Program-made: the position numbers and the translations under genes
Notes under the pieces: model-generated
The model's database searches: none
What the model was told of the DNA's origin: nothing
The model's input: the letters and a program-made list of their open reading frames with translations, nothing else
Part shown: piece by piece, positions 1 through 8,504 of the stretch
Layout: each line of letters opens with the position of its first letter
Position numbering within the stretch: the stretch's first letter is position 1
Assembly: GCA_035390825.1 (NCBI GenBank)
Contig: DAOOUQ010000006.1
Coordinates: 24,207-88,206, forward strand
DNA: 64,000 nucleotides
From: Bacteroidales bacterium
GTDB lineage: Bacteria; Bacteroidota; Bacteroidia; Bacteroidales; VadinHA17
Direction: 5' to 3'

Positions 1-704
1 ACTTCCCGGGAACACTGAGAAAAATGGCGGGTCTGGGGTTTCAAAGCGTGGAGATGTGTTCTCCTCCGGGATATGAATCATCGGGTTTTGGCCCTTTAAT
101 GAAACTTACGGCGAAAGAGATGAAGCAAATCATAAATGATGCCGGTCTTGTTTGTCCAAGTTCACATTATGGCATTGCAGAATTCAGGGAACATCTTGAA
201 GAACGAATCGATTTTGCCCTTGAATCCGGTCAGACACAGATGATACTTTCAAGTTTCGGACTTCCGAGGACAGCAACACTTGATGACTGGAGGAAAGCTG
301 CTGATGAGCTCAACAAGATGGGAATGAAAGCCAGAAAAGGCGGGATACAAATGGGATTCCACAACCACCATGGTGAATTTGCAACAATTGACGGCGTTCT
401 AATCTATGATGAACTGATGAAAGTATTTGATCCGGAATATATAAAGATGCAGTTCCAGGTTGCCGTTATCAGCATAGGTTACAAAGCTGCTGATTACTTC
501 AATAAATATCCCGGACGATTTATCTCCGCTCATTTTGCCGACTGGTCGGCTGAAAAGAAAGGCGAGGTTCCGGTTGGTCAGGGTGTAGTTAACTGGAAAG
601 AATTGACTGAAGCCATGCCAACGGGCGGTGTGAAAAACATATTTGTGGAGATGGGAGAAGCCACTTTCAAACCCAGTGTCGATTATCTGAAAACAATAAT
701 CTGA
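1..704 (+). CDS. sugar phosphate isomerase/epimerase (xylose-isomerase-like TIM barrel), 5' end cut by the window edge
   Basis: The frame is open from nt 3 through the ATG at 24, so the gene probably starts upstream. GFHNHHGEF and the overall pattern are typical of this TIM-barrel family (motif memory). Confidence 0.65.
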   Translation, partial: FPGTLRKMAGLGFQSVEMCSPPGYESSGFGPLMKLTAKEMKQIINDAGLVCPSSHYGIAEFREHLEERIDFALESGQTQMILSSFGLPRTATLDDWRKAADELNKMGMKARKGGIQMGFHNHHGEFATIDGVLIYDELMKVFDPEYIKMQFQVAVISIGYKAADYFNKYPGRFISAHFADWSAEKKGEVPVGQGVVNWKELTEAMPTGGVKNIFVEMGEATFKPSVDYLKTII

Positions 705-741
705 AAGGCTGACTGCATGATATAAAGGCTCAGGGATGGTT

Positions 742-2940
742 CTACTTGTAGCGGAACTTATCCCTGTTTATTTCCACAATAAACCTGCTCGGATACGACA
801 GGAACGCATTATAGACGGTTACACAGGATGGCATGGTAATAATAAGATCCTGTTTTGCCCTGCTGCAGGCTACATAGAACAGCCTCCTCTCCTCCTCAGC
901 CTCTTCAATATTTTTCAGTGAACGTACTGAAGGAATAAGTCCGTCAAGAGCATGAGGGATGATCACCGTATGCCATTCCAGACCTTTTGCCGAATGAATT
1001 GTAGAGATTGTTAGAGGCTCATCCTCCGATTCATCGATCAACGGTGTAGTCTTTGTACTGAAATTTCCCGAGGGAGGGTCAAGTGCAAATTCAGTAAGGA
1101 ACTTCTCAAGAGAGTTATATTTTGAGGAGAGTTCAATAAGAACATTAATATCGAGAAGCCTTATCTGGTAATCATGTTCACGTGCCTGAAGGAGAGGGGT
1201 ATAGTATTCTTTTATATACTCTATCTTGCGTGGAACAGTGATATCATTTTCACGTGCCTTGGCAAGCATAGTCATAAGTCCCTTTAAACCTTCAGCAAAT
1301 CTGGCTTTAGAAAAAGTTTCCAACACGCCCGTTTTCCCGTTCAGAACCGTATCTATAATTTTCCGGGCGGTCATCTGGCCGACTCCCGGAAGGTATTTAA
1401 GGATCCTGTGCCAGGCTACCGCGTCGTAAGGGTTCTGAATAATGCGAAGGCAGGCAATAACGTCTTTTACATGTTTCCTTTCGCTGAATTTCAGGCCGCC
1501 TGCAGCTACATAAGGTATGCTTCTCCTGTTAAGTTCAACTTCAATATAGCGGGCATGCCAGAATGCCCTTACAAGTATCGCAATATTGCTGAATGATATT
1601 CCCCGTTCGCGATATTCAAGGATCCTGTCGACAACATATTCTGCTTCAGCTTCCTGGTCGTAGAATTTCCTGACCTCAGGGAAAGTTTCTGATTTTATGC
1701 CTGAGTAAAGTCTTTTCTTGTATCCGATTCTTGAATTCAGAATAATCTCATTTGTAAAGTCAAGGATCTTCTGGTTGCTCCTGTAGTTTTCCTCAATTTT
1801 GATGACCCTGCAACCCGGATATTTCCGGGGAAATCTCAGGATATTCTCATAATTGGCGCCCCTGAAGGAATATATACTCTGGGAATCATCGCCAACGACC
1901 ATAACATTTCCTGATTCTCCTGCAAGAAATTCAACAATCTGTTTCTGGATTATGTTAGTATCCTGGTATTCATCAACCATTATATATTTGAAGGCACTGT
2001 TAAGCCTTTTCCGGAAGGTCAGATTATCGCGAAGGCAATTCCTCAGGACTTCCATCAGGTCGTCATAGTCGAAAATCCGGCAAATCTTTTTATATTTTTC
2101 ATATCCCTGACTGATAAGTTCAATATCGGCTGTAAATTCAGCGAGCCCTGTAAATTCCTCATCAATTACCTCTTTTATTGTAAGGTTCCTGTTTCTTGCC
2201 GATGATATTATTTCCCGGATCCTGTTTTTCCCCGGGAATGCTTTTCCGGTCTTTTCTGTTTTGAGTTCCGACCTGATCAGATCTATTGTATCGGCTGAGT
2301 CTTCTTCATCAATGATTGTGAAATCAGGAGGAACATCAATGAGATTGGCATATTTCCTGAGGACAAAATTTGCAAACGCATGGAATGTTCCTCCAAAGAC
2401 CTTCTGTGCAGAGTTGTCCTTCAGCAATTGCTGAACCCTGCCCAGCATTTCGCCGGCTGCTTTCCTTGTAAAAGTCAGGAGGAGCATGTCTTCGGGGCTG
2501 ATGCCATTCTCCATCATGAAGGCAACCCTGTAAACTATCACCCTCGTTTTTCCGCTTCCTGCGCCTGCAATTACAAGTACAGGACCTTCAATGGATGTCA
2601 CTGCTTCGAGCTGCGCTCTGTTAAGTTCTCCCTTGTAGTTGATCCTGTAATTCATGTCAAGAGTGATCTCATGCTGCAGTTGGGGACGGCTTTCAATGGA
2701 GGCGATTATTTCCCGGAGCTCCGTTATCTTCCTGGCAGTCTTGTCGGTGGTCTCAATTTCGGGGAAATCGTCGGGTGAAAAATCAGACAGGTCCGACTTT
2801 GCAGGCGTTGTTGCGCCTGAGTAACCGGCCTTTAATTGTGAAGCGAGCCCTTCAATCGAATCGAGAAATGATCTTCCTGATCCTTCCGGATGTCCGGAAC
2901 ATTGATCATCATTAAAACCCTTTTCAAGATCAGAAACCAT
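742..2940 (-). CDS. UvrD/Rep/PcrA-family ATP-dependent DNA helicase
   Basis: 732-aa ORF with SF1 helicase motifs: AGAGSGKTRV (Walker A), VDEYQDTN, ENYRS, TIHSAKGLEW, YVACSRAK. It has an acidic N-terminal extension of about 100 aa. Confidence 0.9.
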   Translation of the reverse strand: MVSDLEKGFNDDQCSGHPEGSGRSFLDSIEGLASQLKAGYSGATTPAKSDLSDFSPDDFPEIETTDKTARKITELREIIASIESRPQLQHEITLDMNYRINYKGELNRAQLEAVTSIEGPVLVIAGAGSGKTRVIVYRVAFMMENGISPEDMLLLTFTRKAAGEMLGRVQQLLKDNSAQKVFGGTFHAFANFVLRKYANLIDVPPDFTIIDEEDSADTIDLIRSELKTEKTGKAFPGKNRIREIISSARNRNLTIKEVIDEEFTGLAEFTADIELISQGYEKYKKICRIFDYDDLMEVLRNCLRDNLTFRKRLNSAFKYIMVDEYQDTNIIQKQIVEFLAGESGNVMVVGDDSQSIYSFRGANYENILRFPRKYPGCRVIKIEENYRSNQKILDFTNEIILNSRIGYKKRLYSGIKSETFPEVRKFYDQEAEAEYVVDRILEYRERGISFSNIAILVRAFWHARYIEVELNRRSIPYVAAGGLKFSERKHVKDVIACLRIIQNPYDAVAWHRILKYLPGVGQMTARKIIDTVLNGKTGVLETFSKARFAEGLKGLMTMLAKARENDITVPRKIEYIKEYYTPLLQAREHDYQIRLLDINVLIELSSKYNSLEKFLTEFALDPPSGNFSTKTTPLIDESEDEPLTISTIHSAKGLEWHTVIIPHALDGLIPSVRSLKNIEEAEEERRLFYVACSRAKQDLIITMPSCVTVYNAFLSYPSRFIVEINRDKFRYK

Positions 2941-3194
2941 CAGTAACCGGTTTTATTCCCACAGTCCAATACCAGGCCATGAAGGTATGAATAAGAAGAA
3001 TTAAATACAAAAGATCAGGAATAACGGCAGAGTAAATTATCCACAATGTAACCCGTATGGTAAAAAACAAGCAGGGTAAAGTGTTCATGTGAACAGGTTA
3101 AATTGACGGGAGTGATCCGTATCGGCAGGACTTTTTTGCGATTTGATTTTCTTTATTACCTTACGGCATTATAACATTTTACAAGCCCATACCG

Positions 3195-3923
3195 ATGAAA
3201 GGATCAATTATATTTTTTCTGTGCTTTACATTTATCAACGCATTTTCACATGAGAACCCCGACAGCACACTCAGAAAGCTGAAGACTGATGCCAGTGTCA
3301 GCATCAACAGCAACGGGATAGCTTCAATTCCTGCATTCTCACTTGGCGATCCAGCTGTAATTGCGTCAGTTAACCTCTCAAAAAACAGGTTCAGCTACGA
3401 TCCTGTTCTTGCCTATGGTTTTGACATGAAACCGTGGTTTATTGATAACTGGCTTCATTATAAGCTCATACGCAGAAAGGATTTTGAAATAAGGGCCGGA
3501 TTTAATTTCAGCACATTCTTCAGTAAAACCAGGCTGCCCGAAATGACTATTCTTCAGGGTGACCGGTATTTTGCCCTTGAAGTTGCAGGAATATACCGTA
3601 TAAGTCCCAACACATCACTTACCCTGATGTACTGGAATGACAGGGGCCAGGAAAAAGGAACGATAAAGGGGCATTTCTTCAACCTACTTGGAGAGATTTA
3701 CAATATCAGACTGGGCAACAGGCTTATGATGATGACCGGAGCCCAGCTTTTCGCAATCAATTATGAGGGTAATAACGATGGAGTATTCGTCTCGCCAAAA
3801 ATCTCGTTTTCCATGAGAGAGATGCCTTTCAGCCTGTACTGGCAGGCTACTCAGGTTATTGACAGTAACATCGATCCGAATCCGGGATTTAAATGGAATA
3901 TCGGACTATCATATACCCTGTAA
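3195..3923 (+). CDS. hypothetical secreted / outer-membrane beta-barrel-like protein
   Basis: N-terminal signal peptide (MKGSIIFFLCFTFINAFS), alternating beta-strand-like pattern, and a strong terminator after the stop. No family recognised. Confidence 0.5.
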   Translation: MKGSIIFFLCFTFINAFSHENPDSTLRKLKTDASVSINSNGIASIPAFSLGDPAVIASVNLSKNRFSYDPVLAYGFDMKPWFIDNWLHYKLIRRKDFEIRAGFNFSTFFSKTRLPEMTILQGDRYFALEVAGIYRISPNTSLTLMYWNDRGQEKGTIKGHFFNLLGEIYNIRLGNRLMMMTGAQLFAINYEGNNDGVFVSPKISFSMREMPFSLYWQATQVIDSNIDPNPGFKWNIGLSYTL

Positions 3924-3930
3924 AAGCAAA

Positions 3931-3957
3931 AAAATCCCGGTACAAGCCCGGGATTTT
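3931..3957. terminator. Rho-independent-type hairpin, potentially bidirectional
   Basis: AAAATCCCGG (3931-3940) pairs perfectly with CCGGGATTTT (3948-3957) across a 7-nt loop. It starts 8 nt after the stop codon of the 3195-3923 gene. Confidence 0.75.
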
Positions 3958-4207
3958 CAAATTGAAGAGAGATTTTTAATCAACTGATTCTTCATTATTT
4001 AATACTACATAACCGATTATGTAAATGTTCCCTGAGAGTCAATTTACATTGAGAGTGTCTTATGATAGTGCCCCCGGATCAGTGTGGACATAAGGGTAAT
4101 GAACCGTTGCCGTGGCGGTTCCCTCAAAACAGTGAACCTTGATGTCGCCCTGAAGAGTGAGAGGAAGGAAACTTAAAATTGTCCGTTTGATCTTTTATTT
4201 GTGCTTA

Positions 4208-4363
4208 TTAATTATCCCCTCTTCCCTTCCGGCTGACACACAGTTTGCAACTGTAAACCCTTCCGTTTTCACGAAGCCATCTGCGCAGCGCTTTGGCAAT
4301 CTTTCTTTTTTTCAGGAGAACGGTTCCAGTTTCGACTGATGTGATTTCGTAGATTGCCTTCAT
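4208..4363 (-). CDS. hypothetical small basic protein (51 aa; 84 aa if the upstream ATG at 4462 is used)
   Basis: ORF MKAIYEITSVETGTVLLKKRKIAKALRRWLRENGRVYSCKLCVSRKGRGDN. A promoter-like element lies inside the longer 84-aa version, which favours the short form. No family recognised, so it could be spurious. Confidence 0.2.
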   Translation of the reverse strand: MKAIYEITSVETGTVLLKKRKIAKALRRWLRENGRVYSCKLCVSRKGRGDN

Positions 4364-4388
4364 GATTATAAACTTTAATGTTGAAGTA

Positions 4389-4417
4389 AAAATAACACCC
4401 AGGTTCATTGCTGTCAA
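4389..4417 (-). promoter_or_regulatory. candidate promoter for the small ORF at 4363
   Basis: On the minus strand, TTGACA (4417-4412) is followed by a 17-nt spacer and TATTTT (4394-4389), 25 nt upstream of the ATG. TATTTTTA also resembles the Bacteroidetes TAnnTTTG -7 box. Confidence 0.3.
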
Positions 4418-4806
4418 GTAGCACAAGGCCAACCAATGAGCAAACGCGGTTGTTTCAACCATTGTTTGTCAGGTTAAACAGGAGAATGGTGTAATTAATC
4501 CGACGGCTTCGCCCGAAAAAAATGTTCACCCGTCAAAACCTGTACAGAATTTACGGGGATTCTTTCCGAAATCATCTCCGTCAAAGACACTATGAAATTA
4601 AATTACTGAATAAGTGACATTTATTGCAACAGCACCAATCAGGCTGCCTGAATATGGGGTTTTGACAAAAGGTGAAAAATTCCGGACCAGAATAGGTCCA
4701 TAAGGCTCATCTAAGGTTTGCCAGGGAGAAAATTCTCACAGTTGGACTTCATTTTTTTGAAAACCAGGCTGGGAATCTGAAAGGAATTACAGAAATCAGG
4801 CTATTT

Positions 4807-5244
4807 TCAATCAGCTTCCCAGATTGCAACGAGAAGTGTGAATACAGGAAGCAGTACTGATCCATAAACAGGATTATACCAGGCTGTAAGAGAAAATGGC
4901 CCGCCCAGAGCAAAGACCCATACTGCAAATGATATAGTGGAAATAATAAGCTGGCCCGCCTTCGCAACTTTCTGTACTCTGTTAAGGTACAGAGGGGTAA
5001 GGATGGCAAAGACGGCAAAAATCAGCCAGTTTACAAGTTTGGCCTCTTCAGCATCTGTTAATTGTTTCACAGTTCCAAGGACAAAGATGTAACCGGCAAC
5101 AAGTTCTGCAGGGATATATTTGAAAAGCCTGTCAAAATAACCATCCCTTGAAGTTATCCGGGCAGCTGCTGACGTTTCTGTTCCAGCATTTTCAGCCCTG
5201 GTGATCTTCAGAACGTCCTGTGATGTTATGATTTCCCGCGCCAT
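4807..5244 (-). CDS. hypothetical four-TM membrane protein (145 aa)
   Basis: Polar N-terminus of about 45 aa followed by four hydrophobic segments (LVAGYIFVLGTV, WLIFAVFAILTPLYL, LIISTISFAVWVFALGG, GSVLLPVFTLLVAIW). It lies 43 bp downstream of the S8 gene on the same strand. Confidence 0.6.
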   Translation of the reverse strand: MAREIITSQDVLKITRAENAGTETSAAARITSRDGYFDRLFKYIPAELVAGYIFVLGTVKQLTDAEEAKLVNWLIFAVFAILTPLYLNRVQKVAKAGQLIISTISFAVWVFALGGPFSLTAWYNPVYGSVLLPVFTLLVAIWEAD

Positions 5245-5287
5245 ATTATGAAAAGTATTGTGTCGGTAATATTGATATTTGCAACAG

Positions 5288-6928
5288 TCAGACAGTTGTC
5301 CTGGTCTTTGATCTGCGATGGGGCAGTCTTTTGCGGTTTACAAGTTCCATCGCTCTTTTTACAGCTTTTTCAGCGTTCACCCTTCCGTAACCGTAATAGA
5401 TACTGTGTCCGGTTTCATCGTATAAGCCACCGTCAATATCGATTTTGTCGGCAGTTGCGGCAATTATCTCCCTCACCTCAAGCCATGTAAGTTCCGGATT
5501 TACAGAAAGGATAAGTGCAGCTGTTCCGGCCACTCCGGGGCATGAACTTGAGGTGCCTCCGAAACTGTCGGTATAATTACCTTCGGGATTATAGCCACTC
5601 TCTCCGTGGCGGTCGGTAGTATAGATTCCTTTTGTAAGCGGCTTCGGATGATTGAAAGGAGCATAACCAAAATCGCTGCTTGGAAATGAGCACCAGACGT
5701 TTTTGCCAAAGTCGCTGTAAATGCTTCTTTTACCCGTATCGTTACACGCCGAAACAGCAACAACCTTTTCATAACCTGCATATCCGTCATACCGGCAATC
5801 TTCATTGCCGTTACCTGCAGCGAATGTTATTATACAACCCTTCCCTCCCCTTCCGGCTTTAATCGCATAATCAATCGCGAGCCGGGTGCTGTCGGGAAGT
5901 CCCACCTCAGCAAAATGAACCGGATCGTCGGGATCGCTCCAGTTGCCATCTTCCGGCCCCCAACTGCATGAAATGATGTCAGCACCATGATCAGCAGCCC
6001 AGATGAACGCATTTGCTTCAGCTATTGAACCAAGATTGGAACTAAGACGTACCGGCATCAGCATTGCGTCAGGGGCAACACCTGAAGCCTCAACTCCTGA
6101 TGCTGCTGCAACACCTGCACACGCGGTACCATGATTATCATAAAAGGTTTTGGGCCCCGGGTCATCGTTGTTTTCTGTAACATCCCTCGGATTAATGACC
6201 TTCCCTTTCATTCTGAATTCCTGATGATCAGTATCCACTCCATCATCAATAAGGGCGATTACTATACCCTTTCCGGTGGTCAGTTTATGGGCAGAGTCGG
6301 CACTTATACCTGCATCCACTGTCTTCCTGTTGATTTTTGTTTTCATTAAATGCCATTGGTCCGGATGTATCCTTTTCAGGCTTCTTTTTCTTATCAGCTC
6401 AGGATGACAAAGCTCGACCTCAGGCATCTGAAGCAGTTTTTCAGCGATTTCGAACACCCTGACCCCTGTATTCTCAGGTGCGCCAACAAAATAAGCATTT
6501 TGCGCATAACGGGGCCGTTGTTTGATTTTCAGTCCGTTATCAGTGATAATCTTTTCACAGACGGCAGCTTTGACTTCATCATGGAACTTAATGAAAATAT
6601 TCTCGGTGTAGAGAACAAGTGTATTGCTTTCAGCATCTATGAGCACCTTTCCTGCAAACCGCAGACCCGGTTCATCCTTTAGAGCCGATTTTGCCATGTC
6701 GCGTGCAAGAGCTGGTTCACTAACTGATTCTTTTGCCTGGAAAACAGATATATCCGCTTCTGGAAACTCTTCTATAAGTTCAAAATCTTTCAGGATCTTC
6801 TTTCCCCTTGCAGAACTCATTATGTTCTTCATTGTTCCCGGTTTCATCAGCCTGACAGCAACCATATCGCTGCTTTCCCGGAGGACATATTTCCTTCCGT
6901 TCTTACCGCCCAGAGTATATGTATACAT
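5288..6928 (-). CDS. S8 family serine peptidase (subtilase) with an unassigned N-terminal region of about 220 aa and no signal peptide
   Basis: Catalytic motifs are ALIDDGVD (D228), HGTACAG (H266), AAGNGN (N372) and GGTSSSCPGVAG (S460). The N-terminus MYTYTLGGKNGRKYVLRESSDMVAVRL is not a signal peptide. Confidence 0.9.
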   Translation of the reverse strand: MYTYTLGGKNGRKYVLRESSDMVAVRLMKPGTMKNIMSSARGKKILKDFELIEEFPEADISVFQAKESVSEPALARDMAKSALKDEPGLRFAGKVLIDAESNTLVLYTENIFIKFHDEVKAAVCEKIITDNGLKIKQRPRYAQNAYFVGAPENTGVRVFEIAEKLLQMPEVELCHPELIRKRSLKRIHPDQWHLMKTKINRKTVDAGISADSAHKLTTGKGIVIALIDDGVDTDHQEFRMKGKVINPRDVTENNDDPGPKTFYDNHGTACAGVAAASGVEASGVAPDAMLMPVRLSSNLGSIAEANAFIWAADHGADIISCSWGPEDGNWSDPDDPVHFAEVGLPDSTRLAIDYAIKAGRGGKGCIITFAAGNGNEDCRYDGYAGYEKVVAVSACNDTGKRSIYSDFGKNVWCSFPSSDFGYAPFNHPKPLTKGIYTTDRHGESGYNPEGNYTDSFGGTSSSCPGVAGTAALILSVNPELTWLEVREIIAATADKIDIDGGLYDETGHSIYYGYGRVNAEKAVKRAMELVNRKRLPHRRSKTRTTV

Positions 6929-6959
6929 AAGATGCCGTTTAATTGTTCTTATTCTGACA

Positions 6960-8237
6960 TCAGAATGGCTGTCTGATCCTTTCCATCACTTCCATGCACA
7001 TCCTTCCGTTGTGATAGGGGCATATCCAGAACCCGCCCTTATCGCCCGACGGAATGCCGGTCTCAGAGATATAGCTGTACCAGCCTCCGTTTTTTGAATC
7101 GATAAAATTCCTCTTAATGAATTCCCAGCATTTAAGTGACTTATCCATATAATCCCAGTCACCGGTAAGCTCAAATGCATTCAGGTAACCCACAACAGTC
7201 TCAGCCTGCTCCCACCATGAGCGCTGAAGCCTTACATGACCGGTTGAGGTGTTTTTCTCAGTAAGCATGCTTCCATCGGCCTGATAACCCTCGGAAGCTG
7301 CATCTGCAACACTGATGCTGACTTTTTTTACCGTCCCGGTAAGTTCGGTGTCGTTCAGCAGTGTCGCAGCTTCATAAAGCAGCCATGATGATTCAATGTC
7401 ATGACCGTAGGAGTCAATATCAGAGGTCCTGTTCCAGGATCTGTCCATAAAACAGATAAGATGGGAAGTCTTTTTATCTATTATATGGTCGAGAAACAAT
7501 CCGACAAGGTTCCGCAACCGCTGACCGACCAAGACATCACGCGAAACCCTGTAGAGGTTTGCATAGGCCTCCATCACATGAAGATGGGTGTTCATCGTTT
7601 TTTCATCCTTTTCCGAGCTTTCCCCTATCATTTTGTCGCGTATCCTCTGCCAATCGCGGCTGAAAACCTCGAAATAACCATTGTTTTCCCTGTCAAGGGC
7701 ATGCTTTTCAAAAAGGTCGAATATTTTCATTGCTTCTGACAAAGCTTCCTTGTCGCCTGTGGCTCTTGAATATTCAGAAAGAGAGTAAATGAAAAAAGCA
7801 TTTGTATAAACCTGTTTCCTTGTATCAGAAGGTGTACCGTCGGCCTTAAGGCTATAGAATGCCCCTCCATTCTCCCTGTCGATAAAATACTTAATAATAT
7901 AGTCCTTTGCCCTTTGGGCCATTCTGAGATACATGGTATCGCCAGTGACACGGTATGCCGATGAAAATGTCCATAGCACCCTTGCATTAAGGATGCCTCC
8001 CTTGTCGGCATCGGGATAGACACGGTTCTGAATGTCGACCCTTCCATAGAAACCTCCGCGGACGTTGTCAGCCATTTTTGAAATCCAGAAGGGAAGTATG
8101 TTCCCCGTGAGATCTTCACTAACCTCTTTGCGCAGCTGTTCAGTTTTTTGTTTTAGTTCAGGACTGCTGGTTTCCTGTGAATATCCCTGAAATGAATAAA
8201 TCAACATCAAAGGTAAGATGAAGAGAATTTTCTGCAT
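6960..8237 (-). CDS. AGE-family (N-acylglucosamine 2-epimerase-like) epimerase/isomerase, secreted
   Basis: The ORF-track start at 8300 is a TTG. The first ATG (8237) gives the signal peptide MQKILFILPLMLIYSFQGYSQ. AGE-like signatures: GGFYGRVD, RVLWTFSSAYR, WWEQAE..GYLNAF, NGGWY. Confidence 0.75.
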   Translation of the reverse strand: MQKILFILPLMLIYSFQGYSQETSSPELKQKTEQLRKEVSEDLTGNILPFWISKMADNVRGGFYGRVDIQNRVYPDADKGGILNARVLWTFSSAYRVTGDTMYLRMAQRAKDYIIKYFIDRENGGAFYSLKADGTPSDTRKQVYTNAFFIYSLSEYSRATGDKEALSEAMKIFDLFEKHALDRENNGYFEVFSRDWQRIRDKMIGESSEKDEKTMNTHLHVMEAYANLYRVSRDVLVGQRLRNLVGLFLDHIIDKKTSHLICFMDRSWNRTSDIDSYGHDIESSWLLYEAATLLNDTELTGTVKKVSISVADAASEGYQADGSMLTEKNTSTGHVRLQRSWWEQAETVVGYLNAFELTGDWDYMDKSLKCWEFIKRNFIDSKNGGWYSYISETGIPSGDKGGFWICPYHNGRMCMEVMERIRQPF

Positions 8238-8330
8238 GGTTATTCTTTTAACAAAGGTTGTACCGCAAATTGAACATAAAATATAAGTATAATTATTCAA
8301 ATAATGATTATGTATTTTTGATAACTTTCA

Positions 8331-8450
8331 CTGCGGCTGTTAAAACCCGCGTAAGCCATGCGGTAAGGGCGCAGAGCGCGGGTGGAAGGTGAGAGATCAC
8401 CTCACGTGAGGGGGGATGGGTCGTGTTGAAAACAGGGCAGATGACGAGGG
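8331..8450. other. GC-rich structured island in an AT-rich divergent intergenic region (candidate leader, ncRNA or relic)
   Basis: Hand count gives about 61% G+C over 120 nt against under 25% in the flanks. Nested or competing stems: CCCGCG (8346-8351)/CGCGGG (8377-8382); AGGTGA-GAGA-TCACCT (8387-8402); palindrome CCTCACGTGAGG (8400-8411). Confidence 0.3.
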
Positions 8451-8504
8451 AAGAGATAAATTTAAAAGTTCAAGGTTTATGAACCATAAAATTATGTAAG
8501 GAAC

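Noticed and set aside
3037-3045. A perfect DnaA-box 9-mer TTATCCACA, plus 8/9 matches at 59043-59051 (upstream of dnaN), 24989-24997 and 28973-28981, which could indicate an oriC.
   Set aside because: These are single, scattered boxes. By simple expectation, about one perfect 9-mer by chance is plausible in 2 x 64 kb. There is no cluster, no adjacent AT-rich unwinding repeats and no dnaA gene.
4208-4363. The small ORF's KKRKIAKALRRWLRENGRVY segment and the downstream ..GDIKVHCFEGTATATVHYP.. stretch loosely resemble HicA toxin blocks.
   Set aside because: The spacing between the blocks is wrong, they lie in different frames, the GSHH motif is missing, and no HicB partner is present. The resemblance is too weak to call.
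5288-6928. The S8 protease could be the IetS component of the known ietAS defence system.
   Set aside because: No IetA-like ATPase gene is adjacent (the neighbours are an AGE-family enzyme and a 4-TM protein), so the known two-gene system is not present.
8387-8402. GGTGAGAGATCACC, reminiscent of the CUGAGA/ACCUGAUC words of a TPP riboswitch.
   Set aside because: The remaining conserved TPP elements (the pyrimidine-sensing helix and the CUGGAUAAUGCCAGC-type segment) are absent, and the flanking genes are not thiamine-related.
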